Source of the DNA: Girardia tigrina
Taxonomy: Eukaryota
Direction: 5' to 3'
Assembly (NCBI GenBank): GCA_001938485.1
Contig: MQRK01250390.1
Span: 30,537 to 94,536 of the forward strand
DNA: 64,000 nt
The position numbers and the translations under genes are program-made. Under the pieces are notes generated by a model, which was not told the DNA's origin, did not search any database, and saw only the letters and a list, made by a program, of their open reading frames with translations. Positions 27,693 to 40,699 of this stretch are shown in pieces; the first letter of the stretch is position 1; the number at the start of each line of letters is the position of its first letter.

Positions 27693-29252
27693 TATTACAA
27701 ATCTATATGACCCTCAAATGTGTGATCTACCAACATTTGGTCAATTAAAATTATATTTATCGGCTCGAAAATTTGCTCAGAGGTTATCGGAATAGCAGAG
27801 TTTATATATGATGAGTGATAATAATTAATAATGTGTTCCCTCCGACCAAAAGATATTGAGATCTTGATATCCTTGCGCCCCAGCCATGCTGCATCCGTGA
27901 TCATGATACCAACAAAACATTTGATTTGAGAATGTGTGAAAAATTATTTTGGAAAAAATATTATTTATATTTTTTATAAAATATTAATTAAACTTTGGAA
28001 TCATTAGTAGTTATCTGTGAAAAAATAGCAATTTAATGTGGTCGATTTTTCCGTGTTTGAAAGAGAACATTTTCTGTGTCTTAGTTTAGATTCGGCTGGT
28101 CCTGGAAATTGAAAAAGTTTCAGCAAAAATTTGAGTTTTTAAATGAATTTTGGTGGAATTATAAAAGCTAAATAAGATGTATGTAAGATTCTTTTTTTAA
28201 GTTTGAAAAACAAATTATTGAAAGAAAGAAAGGGAAATTGTGATGAATGAACGATCAGTAGGAACATAGTCTTAATGGACAGGATTATCCTACATTTCCC
28301 GATCAAAGAGTTTAAGATATTCCAACAGATCAATAAAAACATTATCATAAAAGTTTTGTCCCTTTGTTTTCCATCAAACGTTCACTATTCCCTTTCATAA
28401 CATTTAAGTTAGGAAATATTAAAAGACAAATAAATATAAGAAAAAAGAAAAAAAATAATTTACATAATATAAAATTAATTAATAAATGTTATTTTCATGT
28501 TATACATAATTAATTCTATAATTTATACATTTATTGAGAATTATATCTTTTAAATATTTCTTTCATTTTCACAAATGAAATAATTTAATTATATTTTATT
28601 TCGCTTAGTTTTCATTAAATTTCAATAGCTATTTAAATATTATTTTTTTCCAATTTTAAAACATTTTTCCTTTAAATATTTGATATAATTAAATGAAAAA
28701 TAAAATCAATAAAACTCGTTTTGAGAAAATCAATAAAAAATGTTTTATTATTTCTCACAAAAAAGATCTCATTGTAGATGTAAATTTGTTTTGTGTTTCT
28801 TTTGCCGAGAGTCTCAACATCGCATAATAATTATTTTATATTAAATATTTTATTATGTTAACTTGTATATCATTAAATTTATTGCTTTTTTAAAACAAAT
28901 TCTAAAAATCGAAATTTATTTTTTTTAATGAAATGTGTGTGTTTTTTTACAAAATATTTTATATAAAGATAAAGTTTAACTATTTATAAAATATACTTTT
29001 TTTCTTTAGGATCGGTATTAAACTATAATAAACCTTTTTAAAACGGTAACCATATGATTTATTTATTTTTATTAGAGCTTTAATATATCCAAAAGCTTTG
29101 TTAATAAGGTATTGTGAAAAGTTGTGAACATGACAAATTAGATGGTTTTAAGTTGATTCAATAAGTTATTCAAAATATTGTTATTCAGAACCTTTTCATC
29201 GAGAATATCACAGAAGTTTAAAATATAAAAAGTATTAATGAACTTTTTGGTT

Positions 29253-29764
29253 TGTGGTGCTCCGGTCATACGATCGAAAAAAACATTTAGAAAAAATTGA
29301 TTAAAAAATATTCTAGTTTGAATAATATGATATTGATGTACTCAAATTTGAATATACAAATGAATCTTATGACCGAATTTAAATGTTTTTATCATGAGTT
29401 TATTTATTAAAAATGCACAAAGAAAAACTGATGATAAAATGTTGCGTACATCGGATCAAGAAAATCCGCATCACTGACGGAACAAATCCGACCGACTGCA
29501 TTACCGGCACTTGTCCACTGGTGTGGCACTATCGGCACGCGTTACCGGTCCAATGAAACCATCCGATGCCGGGAAAGTTGATCGTGGAGACCGCCCACGA
29601 TTCAAAGCGGAACCTACCGCCCCACGTTCGGTGGTGAACAACGGAAATCGGCGCACATCGACCGCAACACCGACCCATCGACCGGCTGGCACTTGATATA
29701 TGGTGAACCTCCGATCTAATAAGATGTTCCAGTCGTCCCAGCTCGATCTGATGGCCGTCTCACC
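29253..29764 (+). mobile_element. LTR-like repeat of the TGTGGTGCTC family
   Basis: Starts TGTGGTGCTCCG; about 190 bp AT-rich, then a GC-rich core with CCGACCGAC. Right end is uncertain. Confidence 0.5.
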
Positions 29765-30652
29765 ATGGTCTAATAAGTATACATACGTGATAACAGAGAT
29801 AATAATAATAGGTAATATAACTGTAACATAAGGGTATTTATGGTAGTAGGAGGCGTTTTTAGATATCTCTTCGAGTTTAAATTAATTTTATATAATATGT
29901 AGATAATACTTTAAGCTTGGAATTTCCTCGTTTAGAATCAAAGAAATTAATTAAAATTTAAATAAAATTTAATAATCCTTACTTAAAAACAATATTATGA
30001 CAGGTCATAATGAAGAAAAGAGTGTTCATATCATAAAAAAAGAAATATTTGATCTGAGGGAAAGCATAACGTAATAAAAGAGGACTTGGATAATATAGTT
30101 TATAGAATATTCTTGTTATACAAAAGCTTTATGAATTTTAGGATTTGGAAGTAAATCAAATCAGTTTTGGTAACAGAATGAATTGAGTTGTTAAACTGAA
30201 ATTTGTAGAACTAAAGTCAAAATTTATTGATAATTTTCGAATACAAATATTTATGTCATTCATCGAAGTATACACCATATTATCGACAAACATTTTTCAT
30301 TTGAACAACAGCTTGTTGAGGCAATTTGAATAAAAATTTGGTGGGCATTATTATATAAATTAGTTAAACCTTTTATTGTTTACTTTTGTATGTGATTTTA
30401 CTTCATTTAATTCGGGGTTAAGTGATTTAAAATTATTTTTGGCATGTGATTTTGATTTACTTGTTCTGTAGAATATTTATTTACTTTATTTTTTTATCAC
30501 ATTTTTTTTACAACGAAATTCGGTGATTTATCGGGTTTCTATGAACTGGCTAATTTATCGAGCGAAAATATCGAAAATGTCTTTAACAACATTTGCCATA
30601 TCCATTATCGCCGACACTTTAATCAATGAACATCGTATTTGTATTCGTCAAT

Positions 30653-30931
30653 NNNNNNNNNNNNNNNNNNNNNNNNNNNNNNNNNNNNNNNNNNNNNNNN
30701 NNNNNNNNNNNNNNNNNNNNNNNNNNNNNNNNNNNNNNNNNNNNNNNNNNNNNNNNNNNNNNNNNNNNNNNNNNNNNNNNNNNNNNNNNNNNNNNNNNNN
30801 NNNNNNNNNNNNNNNNNNNNNNNNNNNNNNNNNNNNNNNNNNNNNNNNNNNNNNNNNNNNNNNNNNNNNNNNNNNNNNNNNNNNNNNNNNNNNNNNNNNN
30901 NNNNNNNNNNNNNNNNNNNNNNNNNNNNNNN
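30653..30931. other. Assembly gap (N run)
   Basis: Direct observation; second gap at 63521-63570. Confidence 1.
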
Positions 30932-31064
30932 TTATCCGAGTTTCATTAGATTAATTGAGAGAAAAAAAATTTTGTTCAAAAGCCGAATTTTCGTGACAGT
31001 AAATAACAATTCAATCAATCTCTGTCTCTTCTAAATAATTATTTATTCAAATATAAATATTCTT

Positions 31065-31106
<42 letters not shown>

Positions 31107-31231
31107 ATATATATATTTCAAATATCGTTCGAATTTAATAATTGGAAATTAATGATATTGAAATAAATAGAAATATTTATCATTGTTTAAATAAATGGAA
31201 AAATGAAATCGAAACGAAAATTACTAAAATG

Positions 31232-31430
31232 CCGCGCTTGGTTATGCTGGTGATTTTATTGTACTTTATATCATATTTAATAAATTGTTAATTATTATTA
31301 TCACCGCGCTTGGTTATGCTGGTGATTTTATTGTACTTTTTATCATATTTAATAAATTGTTAATTATTATTATCACCGCGCTTGGTTATTCTGGTGATTT
31401 TATTGTACCTGTTATTATATTTAATAAAGC
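31232..31430. repeat. 72-bp minisatellite, about 2.7 copies
   Basis: CCGCGCTTGGTTAT(G/T)CTGGTGATTTTATTGTAC starts at 31232, 31304 and 31376. Confidence 0.92.
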
Positions 31431-32919
31431 TTATTTACTTTAATAAGGTGATTATTTATCATTTATTTTTTTTTCTTAAAAAAAACGAAAAGTTATTTAT
31501 AGTGGATATACTAATTTTTTTCTTTTTGATAACTAATTTATAAGTAGAAATAATCATCAAGGAGTATTTACTCCTTGACTTATCCGATTCGAGTATTTAT
31601 TTCTACAATCGACAAACATTTTTCATTTGAACAACAGCTTGTTGAGGCAATTTGAATAAAAATTTGGTGGGCATTATTATATAAATTCACTGCCAATTTT
31701 ATGGCATCTTCGAATTGAATTTTTTCTATCTAAACGTTTTTTCAAATTGAGGAAGAAATAGTAGTCAGTTGGGGCTAGTCAGTCTGCTGAGTATGGAGGA
31801 TGATGCAGAAGTTTAAACTCAAATTCCAATAGTTTTGTCTTGGCTTTAGTGCAGTATGTGATTTTGCATTGTTGTGGAGCAAGATGAGAGTCAAACTGTT
31901 TACCAAATGTTTTTCTTTGAGTTTCTGCATTATATCTTCCAAGTGGTTGCAGCTGTTGTGATTTACAAACTAGATTTCATGAAGTCATAATGAATTACAA
32001 CTGCGACAGACTACTAAACGCTCATCATCAGCATATTTTAATGAATGTTGTGCTTTACTGTCTTTTAGTGCTTCATTCGCGTCCAATCAGCTTGCTAAAC
32101 GTTTCCATTTATCATATTTAATCAAAAATCATTATTGTTTTATCTTTAAAATCTTTGATTTTCTTAATAAATTAGTAGTAAAGCATCTTGCATGATATCT
32201 TACTGGTAATGTTTTACAAGTAATTCGCTTCAAATAACAATTTAAACTACGTCATAAAGTCTGGTCCTAAAACTCTAACTTATCAAGGTACTAGTTTGAA
32301 GCAAAACTATGATCGCTAGATTGTCACCTATACTTGTATTGATACATTTTGATTCTTACTAATATCAGTTACATGTTTTCTACAAGTTGAAAGTCCTTGA
32401 TAAAGAAGAAGTAATAATAAATAATACAAATTGAAAATAAATTATGATTATAATTTATCAATATGAAGAGTATGATTGTTTTTTTTAAGTAGGACCACTG
32501 TCCTGGTGGCGTCTCGACAAGAACAATATTATTGAATGTTAAAAAAATAACTTCAATTTGTCAATGTATAATCGTTAGATTGATTGTTCGATTATGAGAT
32601 TAGGTCTATATAGTTATTTGCAATGGAGAATTGAGGAAATGTTTAACTTAAATATGATATGGATACAGATTCTATAGAATTTTGTTATCTTGTTTGACGA
32701 TTGAAATAATTAATTTTAGGAAATTTATTTGTAGAGGTTAAGCACCTAGCTGAATTCAATTTTCTTCATTTATTGATAACGACTGAGGGCGAAAAATATT
32801 AGTAACGTTAAAATCCTCTATCTTCAAAACCATATTTTTGATTGAAAAATACCGACTGCTTTGAAAAATGTGTTTAATTCACAATAAATTTAGTAAGCTA
32901 AGAAAGATTATTTATTTAT

Positions 32920-33378
32920 TTTAATAAATTCTGCGAGCTTTTCCGGAATGCCTGCCATTAGACTTGCAATTGTAGTTTCTGTCACGTTTTTGGCTGCATT
33001 ATTCCACTTGTTCCGAAAATCTGCAGTTGTCTGTGCCCTCTTGTTTGTCGTTCTCAAATGCCTTGTTACCAGGGCATAATATCTTTCGATTGGGCGAAGC
33101 TCTGGAAAATTTGGTGGGTTTGCCTGTCATTGCACATAATCGACGTTATTGTTTTCGTACCACTTCTTGGCTGCCTTAGTATAGTGACACGATGCCAAAT
33201 CCGACCAAAAGAAAGTAAGACCTCCATGCTGACTTATGAATGGTAATAAACGCTTTTGCAAGTACTTCACATAGACTTCTGTGTTTATTGCGCCAGATGT
33301 GACAAAGCTTTTATTACTTTTCCCGCATCCACATATAGCCTGCCAAACAAGAAATTTTTTGGGAGACTTAGATTTCAA
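32920..33378 (-). mobile_element. Tc1/mariner superfamily DD37E-type transposase relic
   Basis: KFLVWQAICGCG, FFWSDLASCHY...NPPNFPELRPIE; 37 codons between D and E, one of them an internal stop. Confidence 0.85.
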
Positions 33379-33469
33379 AGTTGATGAGGAAAAATTGAAG
33401 CAATTTGTGAAATTTATAAAAGTAATCCTAACACATCAATAGGAAAAGCAATTCATCATATGTATTATT

Positions 33470-33786
33470 AAGAACATTTAGACAAGTCTCGTTTGAATTT
33501 TTATTACAATCAGATTTAGAGTCATTGTGAATCTCAGAAGGTCTTTCATCTTTTGCTATTCTTCTAATTGGTTTTCTTATTTCTGTTTTTAATCATGATT
33601 ATTCGAACAATTTTTCTAAGTTATTTTTTAAAATATTTAACCTCTAAAAAATATTAATTAAAAAATAATAATTTTTACCATTTTTCAATAAATCCCAAAA
33701 TAATAAATATGTAATCAAATTATTAAAAATGCGGTGAGGCGACTTTACCGCGGGTGAATTTACAGCGGGCGACTTTACCATGAATT
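33470..33786. mobile_element. MULE-associated subterminal repeat and probable terminus
   Basis: Matches 4255-4460 and 35737-35980; ends in tandem GGCGACTTTACC motifs. Confidence 0.55.
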
Positions 33787-34008
33787 TTTTCAGAAAAAAA
33801 TATTAAAAATTTATAATATTAAATAATTAAATAAATTCAATTTTCTTTAAATTTTTAATTAAGATATTTTTTGCAATTGTTACCGAATAATACTTTATTA
33901 AAATATAATATTTATAATAAAATTTTCCATTTACGTTTATATACCTTTAAAAAAATATCTTAAAATATTATAAATTTCTAAAAAGTTTTTTCTCACACTT
34001 TTTTCAAC

Positions 34009-35045
34009 ATGAATCTTCAATTCTTTACTTCAAAATCTGGAAATTTGATTGTTGCGTATGCAGGTAAAGTTATCGCTAGGCACATTGCTCAGATGGTCGC
34101 AACTCGTGCATCGCAGACAGTAGAGGCTCCGAGGCAAATTATTCAGAAATTTAGGACTGGGATTCCACTTGACACTGCAATATTTCTTCCAAGTTATCGC
34201 TCTAGTTAACATACAATTCAACGAAAACGAAAACAAAAGAATGCTCCTTGGCCAAATCCAAATCATCTTTCAAAAATAAATGTTCCTGAATATTTGAGGT
34301 TTACAACTAGAAATGAATCTTTTTTGATATACGATTCTGGATCTAATGATGCCAACCGGATAATGCTCTTCAGTACAACTGCAAACATAAATCTGATGGC
34401 TTCTTTTGAAAATTGGTTTATGGAAAAAACATTATTTTTACCAAGTTTAAAATCAAACAAAGTATTGCCTATTGTTAATGCATTGATAACCAATAAAACT
34501 CAATGAAATCACACTCGTATGTTTGAGGAGCTTTTAAGACTACAACCAAATTTAAATCCACAAACTATTATGATGGATTTTGAAAAAGGAGCAATGAACG
34601 CTGTTTCCACTGTATTTTGCAATGCTACTGTTAAAGGCTGTTTTTTCATCGGAACCAATCAATTTCCAAAAAATAAAAGAAACATCAAATCTTCCGGATC
34701 TCTATTCAAACAATGATGAAATTAGAACCATTTTGAAATCACTGATGACCTTAACGTTTGTTCCTGTGGATGATGTTATCACTGCCTTTTTGGCTTTACT
34801 TGGTCTTTCTAATGATTTTCCAGAACTCGATGATGCATTTGCATATTTTGAGGATACATATATTGGCCGTGGTCGTGGAGAACGAAGATTACGTCATCGA
34901 TATTCAATTCAGTGTTGGAATGTATATAACCGCGGTATTTCTTATCTACCACGCACAAACAATGCAAAAGAAGAAGGTTGGCATCGTGCGTTTCAAAATT
35001 CTATCGCTTGCAATCACTTAACTGTTTATAGTTTATAGGATTAAA
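34009..35045 (+). mobile_element. Mutator (MULE) transposase relic
   Basis: FLIYDSG..RIMLFST..ENWFM, NPQTIMMDFEKGAMNA..GCFF, YFEDTYIG, WNVY..RTNN..EGWH; frameshifted. Confidence 0.92.
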
Positions 35046-36059
35046 GCTTATCAATAAAAATGTCTTAAATAAAATCTCGAAACATCAATTTCTAAAGAAA
35101 AGAAGTCAGAAATGGTCAAGAACAAAACAATTTTGTCTTCGCTCTTTTGACTTTCTCGGCGTTTATTTCTTATTCTAATAATAATTTTTTACAGATAAAA
35201 ATAAATTGACATTTAAAAATTAAAGAAAATAATAATATTGTTTGCAATTTAATTGAAAATGTCTCCATAAAAATTGTGAATCATTTATAAAATATTTATT
35301 TCGTTTTCCTTTTATGTTTAAATATCGTGGCTTTCTATAGGGGTGTAATTAAAAGAATTAATTATTTTTTTATATTGACTTTTAACAGTAATTGTACGCG
35401 ACATTTTTCTTAAAGCAATTATTTACTTCTTTTTGTCAGACTAAGTTTCTGAGATTATTATTATTTCAAATAAACACTTTTTATCAACTTAAAATATTCT
35501 AAGCAAATAAGTCTATACTTATACTGAGGTAAGAGAATATATTTATATAAAGTGTGTTTCATGAAGTTCATAGTTTTTGAAAATGCAATAAATGAGCCAA
35601 AATTGAAGAAAAATTTCAAATTTTTTATTTAATATCATTCAATACTTTTATTTAATATATAAAAATGATATAGGACGTATATTAACCTCAACGTTTTCTG
35701 TAGGCAATCATCTGATCGCAATATAACATGACTATTAAGAACATTGAGACAATTCTCATTTGAATTTTTATTACTACAATATTTAGAGTCATTAAAACTC
35801 TCAGAAGATCTTTTACATTTTGACATCGTCCTAATTGGTTTTATTATTTCTATTTTTAATCATGATTATTCGAACATTTTTTCTAAGTCATTTTTTAAAA
35901 TATTAATTAAAAATAATAATTTATACAATTTTTAATAAAACCCAAAAATAATAATTATGTTATCAAATTATTGAAAATGAATTTAATTTAAATTTCATTA
36001 AAAAATAATAAACTCAATTTTAATTGTTAATTTAAAAAATATAAACTTATAAAATGATT

Positions 36060-36219
36060 ATTTTAATTATGTTCGAATAGTCAATCACTTTAAATTTAAA
36101 TAAAAAAAATACCAATTTCCATCTGGGTGGGAGAATCACCATTCTAAATTCAACATACTTAAATCAACATACATCATCCATACATTTACACATTCAAACA
36201 ATTTAAAATATTCCTCACA
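36060..36219 (+). mobile_element. 3' end of a Gypsy LTR
   Basis: ccatctgggtgggaga...aaaatattcctcaca, as in the LTR ends at 23897 (minus strand) and 48180. Confidence 0.7.
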
Positions 36220-37600
36220 ATGACCTTTGAGACTGTTGGTACACGAGCGGGCACAGCGCGTTGCGGAATTCCGGGGCTGGGTATTTAGTGCTGTCGGGAC
36301 GAGTGGGGACGGAAAAACTGATCTCCCCGTGAATGTTTACGCGGCCAATACCAACTGCTGGCATCCGATAAAGATTTGCTAAAATTGCAACAGAAAAGGT
36401 CTCATTTTTCAGCTCAAACCCATTATTGTAGTTGTCAATGTGGGGAAATATTGATTGGAACTGGAAAAACAAACAATCCCACAATTTTCGCAACGGTTTA
36501 TCAATTACAAACGATAACGATTTGATTTTTTTCACTAATAATCTGTTCGATATCTCCCGACAGCGAAAATTTCATCCGTTTATTAATGTTTCCTTTCAAC
36601 AAAAATCGTGCCTCAAAACTCACATTATCGTTTCTCGGATTGAAATTTTTATTTCTAACAAAATTACTTCGCGATTCATTATTGCCTGTCGAAATTAAGT
36701 GAGATCGAATTTCAGAAACACTCTTCAATTTTCGTTGTTTACGAGATTCCTGTTGTTGCCATCCTAAATCCTTCATTATCGATTTTGGATTATTTTTATT
36801 TATATCGGTGGTTTTTTTGCAATAAACAATCCACAACTTTCGCTCAGTAAAAAAAAGAAACATAAAATTTAAAATCTTTATTAATCAAGTACGACTTTTT
36901 TAAAAATTTCTTTACATAGCTATTTTGCAGATTTATATCATTTGAGTCTTAAAAAAAGGTTTGATAGAAAAGTGTTCTGACTTGTTGATATTCACGATTC
37001 AACTGATAATATTCACAAATCGATAAATCAATCGAAATGTTTTCTTTAAGTATCAATTGATTTTGAAGCCGAACTTTTTATTTGAGCTTGCTGGAAATCG
37101 GACAGACGCCAAGCAATATTCTCCTGCAAATTCGTCTTTTTTGTCACCAGGTGTTTTGATTTTACTTTCAACGATTCTCTTCTCGGAAGAAATATATTCT
37201 AATCGCTCTTTAACGATTTCCTTCACTTCTGATAAATCCAGTTTGATTAAGACCGGTCTGATTGATTTGAAACCGCGTTAACATCATTCGACTGGGCGAG
37301 ATCATCCTTGTCGGCTCCTCCACCGATGGCGAATCAAACAGAGAATATTCTTGATTTTTGCTGCCAAGCAAGATTTGAGGCCCAAGGAAGTTTCCACAGA
37401 GCAAGATGATTGTCTCCAGAGATGAGTGGTAGCTCCATCCTACTAAAACCTCATTCCATGTTCTTGATCATTGGTGACACTGTAAAATAGAATATTTTCT
37501 ATTTCGAAGAATGAGTTTTTTGTTTTACCGATGGGCTTTTATTCCAATTATGAGACGCCATTTTGTGAATTTTTATTAATAATTGACTACAACCTAGTAT
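36220..37600 (-). pseudogene. Unidentified intron-containing host gene relic
   Basis: Coding-like composition, a 49-bp GT..AG intron at 37528-37480, overlapping ORFs 36501-36863 and 36215-36535, and stops/frameshifts. Product not recognised. Confidence 0.4.
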
Positions 37601-39799
37601 TTAATATTCAAAATAGGTAAAGTAAACCCGTTTCATATCTTAAAATGTTTAATTAAAAAAAGTACGAAAATTTGAAATTAATATCCGATTAATTCTTTAA
37701 AAAAATTAATTTTCTGATAAAATCTCTCATTAATTAACATTTTATTATCTTACACGTTATATTATAAGAGCTGATAATTAAAAATGAAGTTCCGAAACAT
37801 GTACAGTAATCGATTTTTTAAAAATAATATAATATTTTAATTATTTATAATAATTATTTAATTATATTTTTCAAAAAAAATAAAATTAGCGTTAAAAAAC
37901 ATAAATAAAACAAACAAAAATAAAATAATCAGGAAAAAATAAAAAAAAATTTAAACATAAAAAAACAAGTTTCAAAATAAGAAAAAAAATCAGACACAAA
38001 AAATAATGATAATTATTATTATTTTCAGCAAAAATATTCCTAAATAAGCAAAAAAAAACTACTTTTATTTCAAGAAGCAAAAATTTGTTTTCTTTATTTC
38101 CGATCAATTTGATGATAATCATTCCAATGTTATTGAAAGATGCGGTTAAATAGGGCAAACGACCCAATTCGCCCCCCCCTCTCCATAAGTTACATTATGA
38201 TTATCACCAATCACATCTTTCAATTATTATTTTTATTCTTGGTAAAATACATTTTCTTTATATAAGATCCAAAAAAAATAAAAGAAAAATAACATTCCAG
38301 TCTTTTAAAGTCAGTAAAAAAAATTATAAAAAAAATAAATTTTCAGTTGTCATAATGTTTTAAAATGAAAATAATTTTTTTTTGTTTGATTGCTTGGAGA
38401 AAGAAATTTTTAATAATTTAAAAGGTAAATAAATGAAATTGATGTGAAATTGAAACAAACCGAACATGGGTCATGATAAAACCGAGATACTATCAGTGAG
38501 ATGAAACATAAAATGGCAATCTGTTGACTCAGTTTTGTTTATTCAATAATCAAATACTCCAACTTCAATTTAGAGCAGTTTTTTGTTTAAATTTATTGAA
38601 TATTTTTTTCCAAATAAAAAATGACACTAGGAATATCAATTGGTGTTTTCCCCCTTGTACATTTACTATTGAGATAGAAGTGAGGATTCCTTTTGTTGTT
38701 TATATTGAATTATTAATAAAAATTTAATTGATATAAATTGTAACAACAATTATAAGAAAAAAAACATTTTATATCGAAATCAATTAAAGACCATTTAGAA
38801 AATATAATACGACAATGCATTAAAAGAAAAAACAACAATTTTTATTATATAAATTTTTAAATGCTTCTCAATTATGGGTTTTTTTTCTTTTTGAATTTTT
38901 AAAAATAAAATTCACGTTTCTTATTGTACATTTTTAATTAAAATGAATATTTTAAAAATTATAAAATTTGTAAGTTTTCATTTGATGTAATTTATTATTA
39001 AAAATGTCTTTTAATTAATTTTTAAAAATTAAAGAAAATGTTTAAATAATGAAAATATTTTCTATTAAATACATATAAAAATTAAATATTAAAGGAAAAT
39101 AAACAATTTATATTCATTTCAATTAATTATTTCCTTTTTCAATAATATATTAAAAGATATAAAATTATATTTTTTCTCAATTTTTCTAAATTCAATTTAA
39201 CGCTATTTAAATAATATATAAACGCAGAGAAAATCGAAATTTTTGATAGATAAAAATTTGTATTTAAATTTGTAAATAAATAAATTATTCATTAATAGAT
39301 AATAAAATATGAATGCTTTTCATTGTAAAAAAATATAAAATTACTTGATTAATTTGTGTTAATTGGTTATATAGTTATAATATAATGATTATTATAATAA
39401 AGGTTATAATAATTAGACTATTCATTAAGAAAACAATCGCTAAAAAATAACAATAGACGAAAATGAGGAACAATCAATGTAGTAAATCCTCTATTATAAT
39501 ATGTAATTTATTTGTTATTAGTTAACAATTAATTTTTAAGTTCTAAACTTCACAATTTACAAGATTGATGGATAAAATAATTACAATTTGTAGCAGAAAA
39601 AAACTATGACACTTCAGTCCTGAAAGACGGAATGTTTATTAATATGTTTTATGTAAAACCCGAAAAAAAACATAAATTATCTTTGCTTTAATATGCAAAA
39701 CAATTAGGTGTTTTGAAAATTCAAACACATTTTCTTCAATTATGTCTCTTAGAGGTGTTTTGTTTTTTTGAAATAATTAAAAATCATAAATCGCAACTT

Positions 39800-40158
39800 T
39801 ATACGGCATCCACCGAATCATAATGCGCAATGGCAATGCGAACCATTATGTCTAAACCCGGTACAGCCACTCTTAATCCGGCGATGTACAACGGGTCGAC
39901 ATGACCTCAATAATCGGATCGACAGACATCGGGGGACTGCACTGCTGGTCACTCCAGATGGTACCGCTCGTCCAACGATAGATGAAACGTAACGGGGAAC
40001 CGCCACAAATAGGTCACGACACTGACACGCAACGATGTGTCGACCAGTGGTCATTAGACTCGATCGGTGCATGGCTACCGTCAAATTGACACGCCGATCT
40101 CTCCGGCATGTGAATGAGATGCTAGTTGTCACAGCTCGATCCGGTGGCCAGCACCTCA
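39800..40158 (+). mobile_element. GC-rich core homologous to the TGTGGTGCTC LTR-like family
   Basis: tcgtccaacgatagatgaaacgtaacggggaaccgccacaaataggt aligns with the reverse complement of about 50612-50660 (tcgtcgaacggagagtgacacacaacggggaaccgacacgaattggt). Confidence 0.55.
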
Positions 40159-40699
40159 ATCTTAAAAAGTTTATAAAATTGATGTTTAAATATCAATTAT
40201 TAACCAATAAAATTCAATTTTAATAATATTTATCCTTAAATTGTTTTTTTATAATATAAAAAATTAAATGAACTATATTTTATACTTAACTATCTTTGTC
40301 TTTATTCATTATAACTTATTTATTTATAACATTAATTAGCTTATTTATTTATACTTTTTTTGATTATGTAATTAATAATGTTTCATTATTGTTTTCAAAG
40401 GATTTTGGACACTTCTTCGAAGCCAAATGTTTTTATTTACCACTGAAACTGTTGAAAGAATAATTACTTATTACACATTTTTTTTAAATCAAATCACAAA
40501 ACAATCCATATCTTCGGTTACGGGAATATGTTTTTTAATTTCTATGATGTTCTGTTGGATTTGTTAAGATTTTTAATATAAGAAAAGGTTTTAAAAATAG
40601 GTTTTTAAAAATAGGTTAAAATATAAAAACCTAGAAAGATACTCTTTAGATTCCAGAATATCATCGTAAGCAAATCCAAGTATGTAGTATCTGTGTTAA

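Larger units (their letters stand above)
30240..32090 (-). mobile_element. Decayed mariner split by a ~1.25-kb insert
   Basis: 31608-32090 encodes LILLHNNAKSHTA and HHPPYS..LAPTDYYFF. The 3' end of the transposase continues at 30240-30361. An 80-bp segment is duplicated on both sides of the insert. Confidence 0.7.

Noticed and set aside
30523-31034. ORFs containing X runs
   Set aside because: Artefacts of the N gap.
31232-31430. CRISPR-like array
   Set aside because: Whole 72-bp units repeat with no unique spacers, and there are no cas genes.
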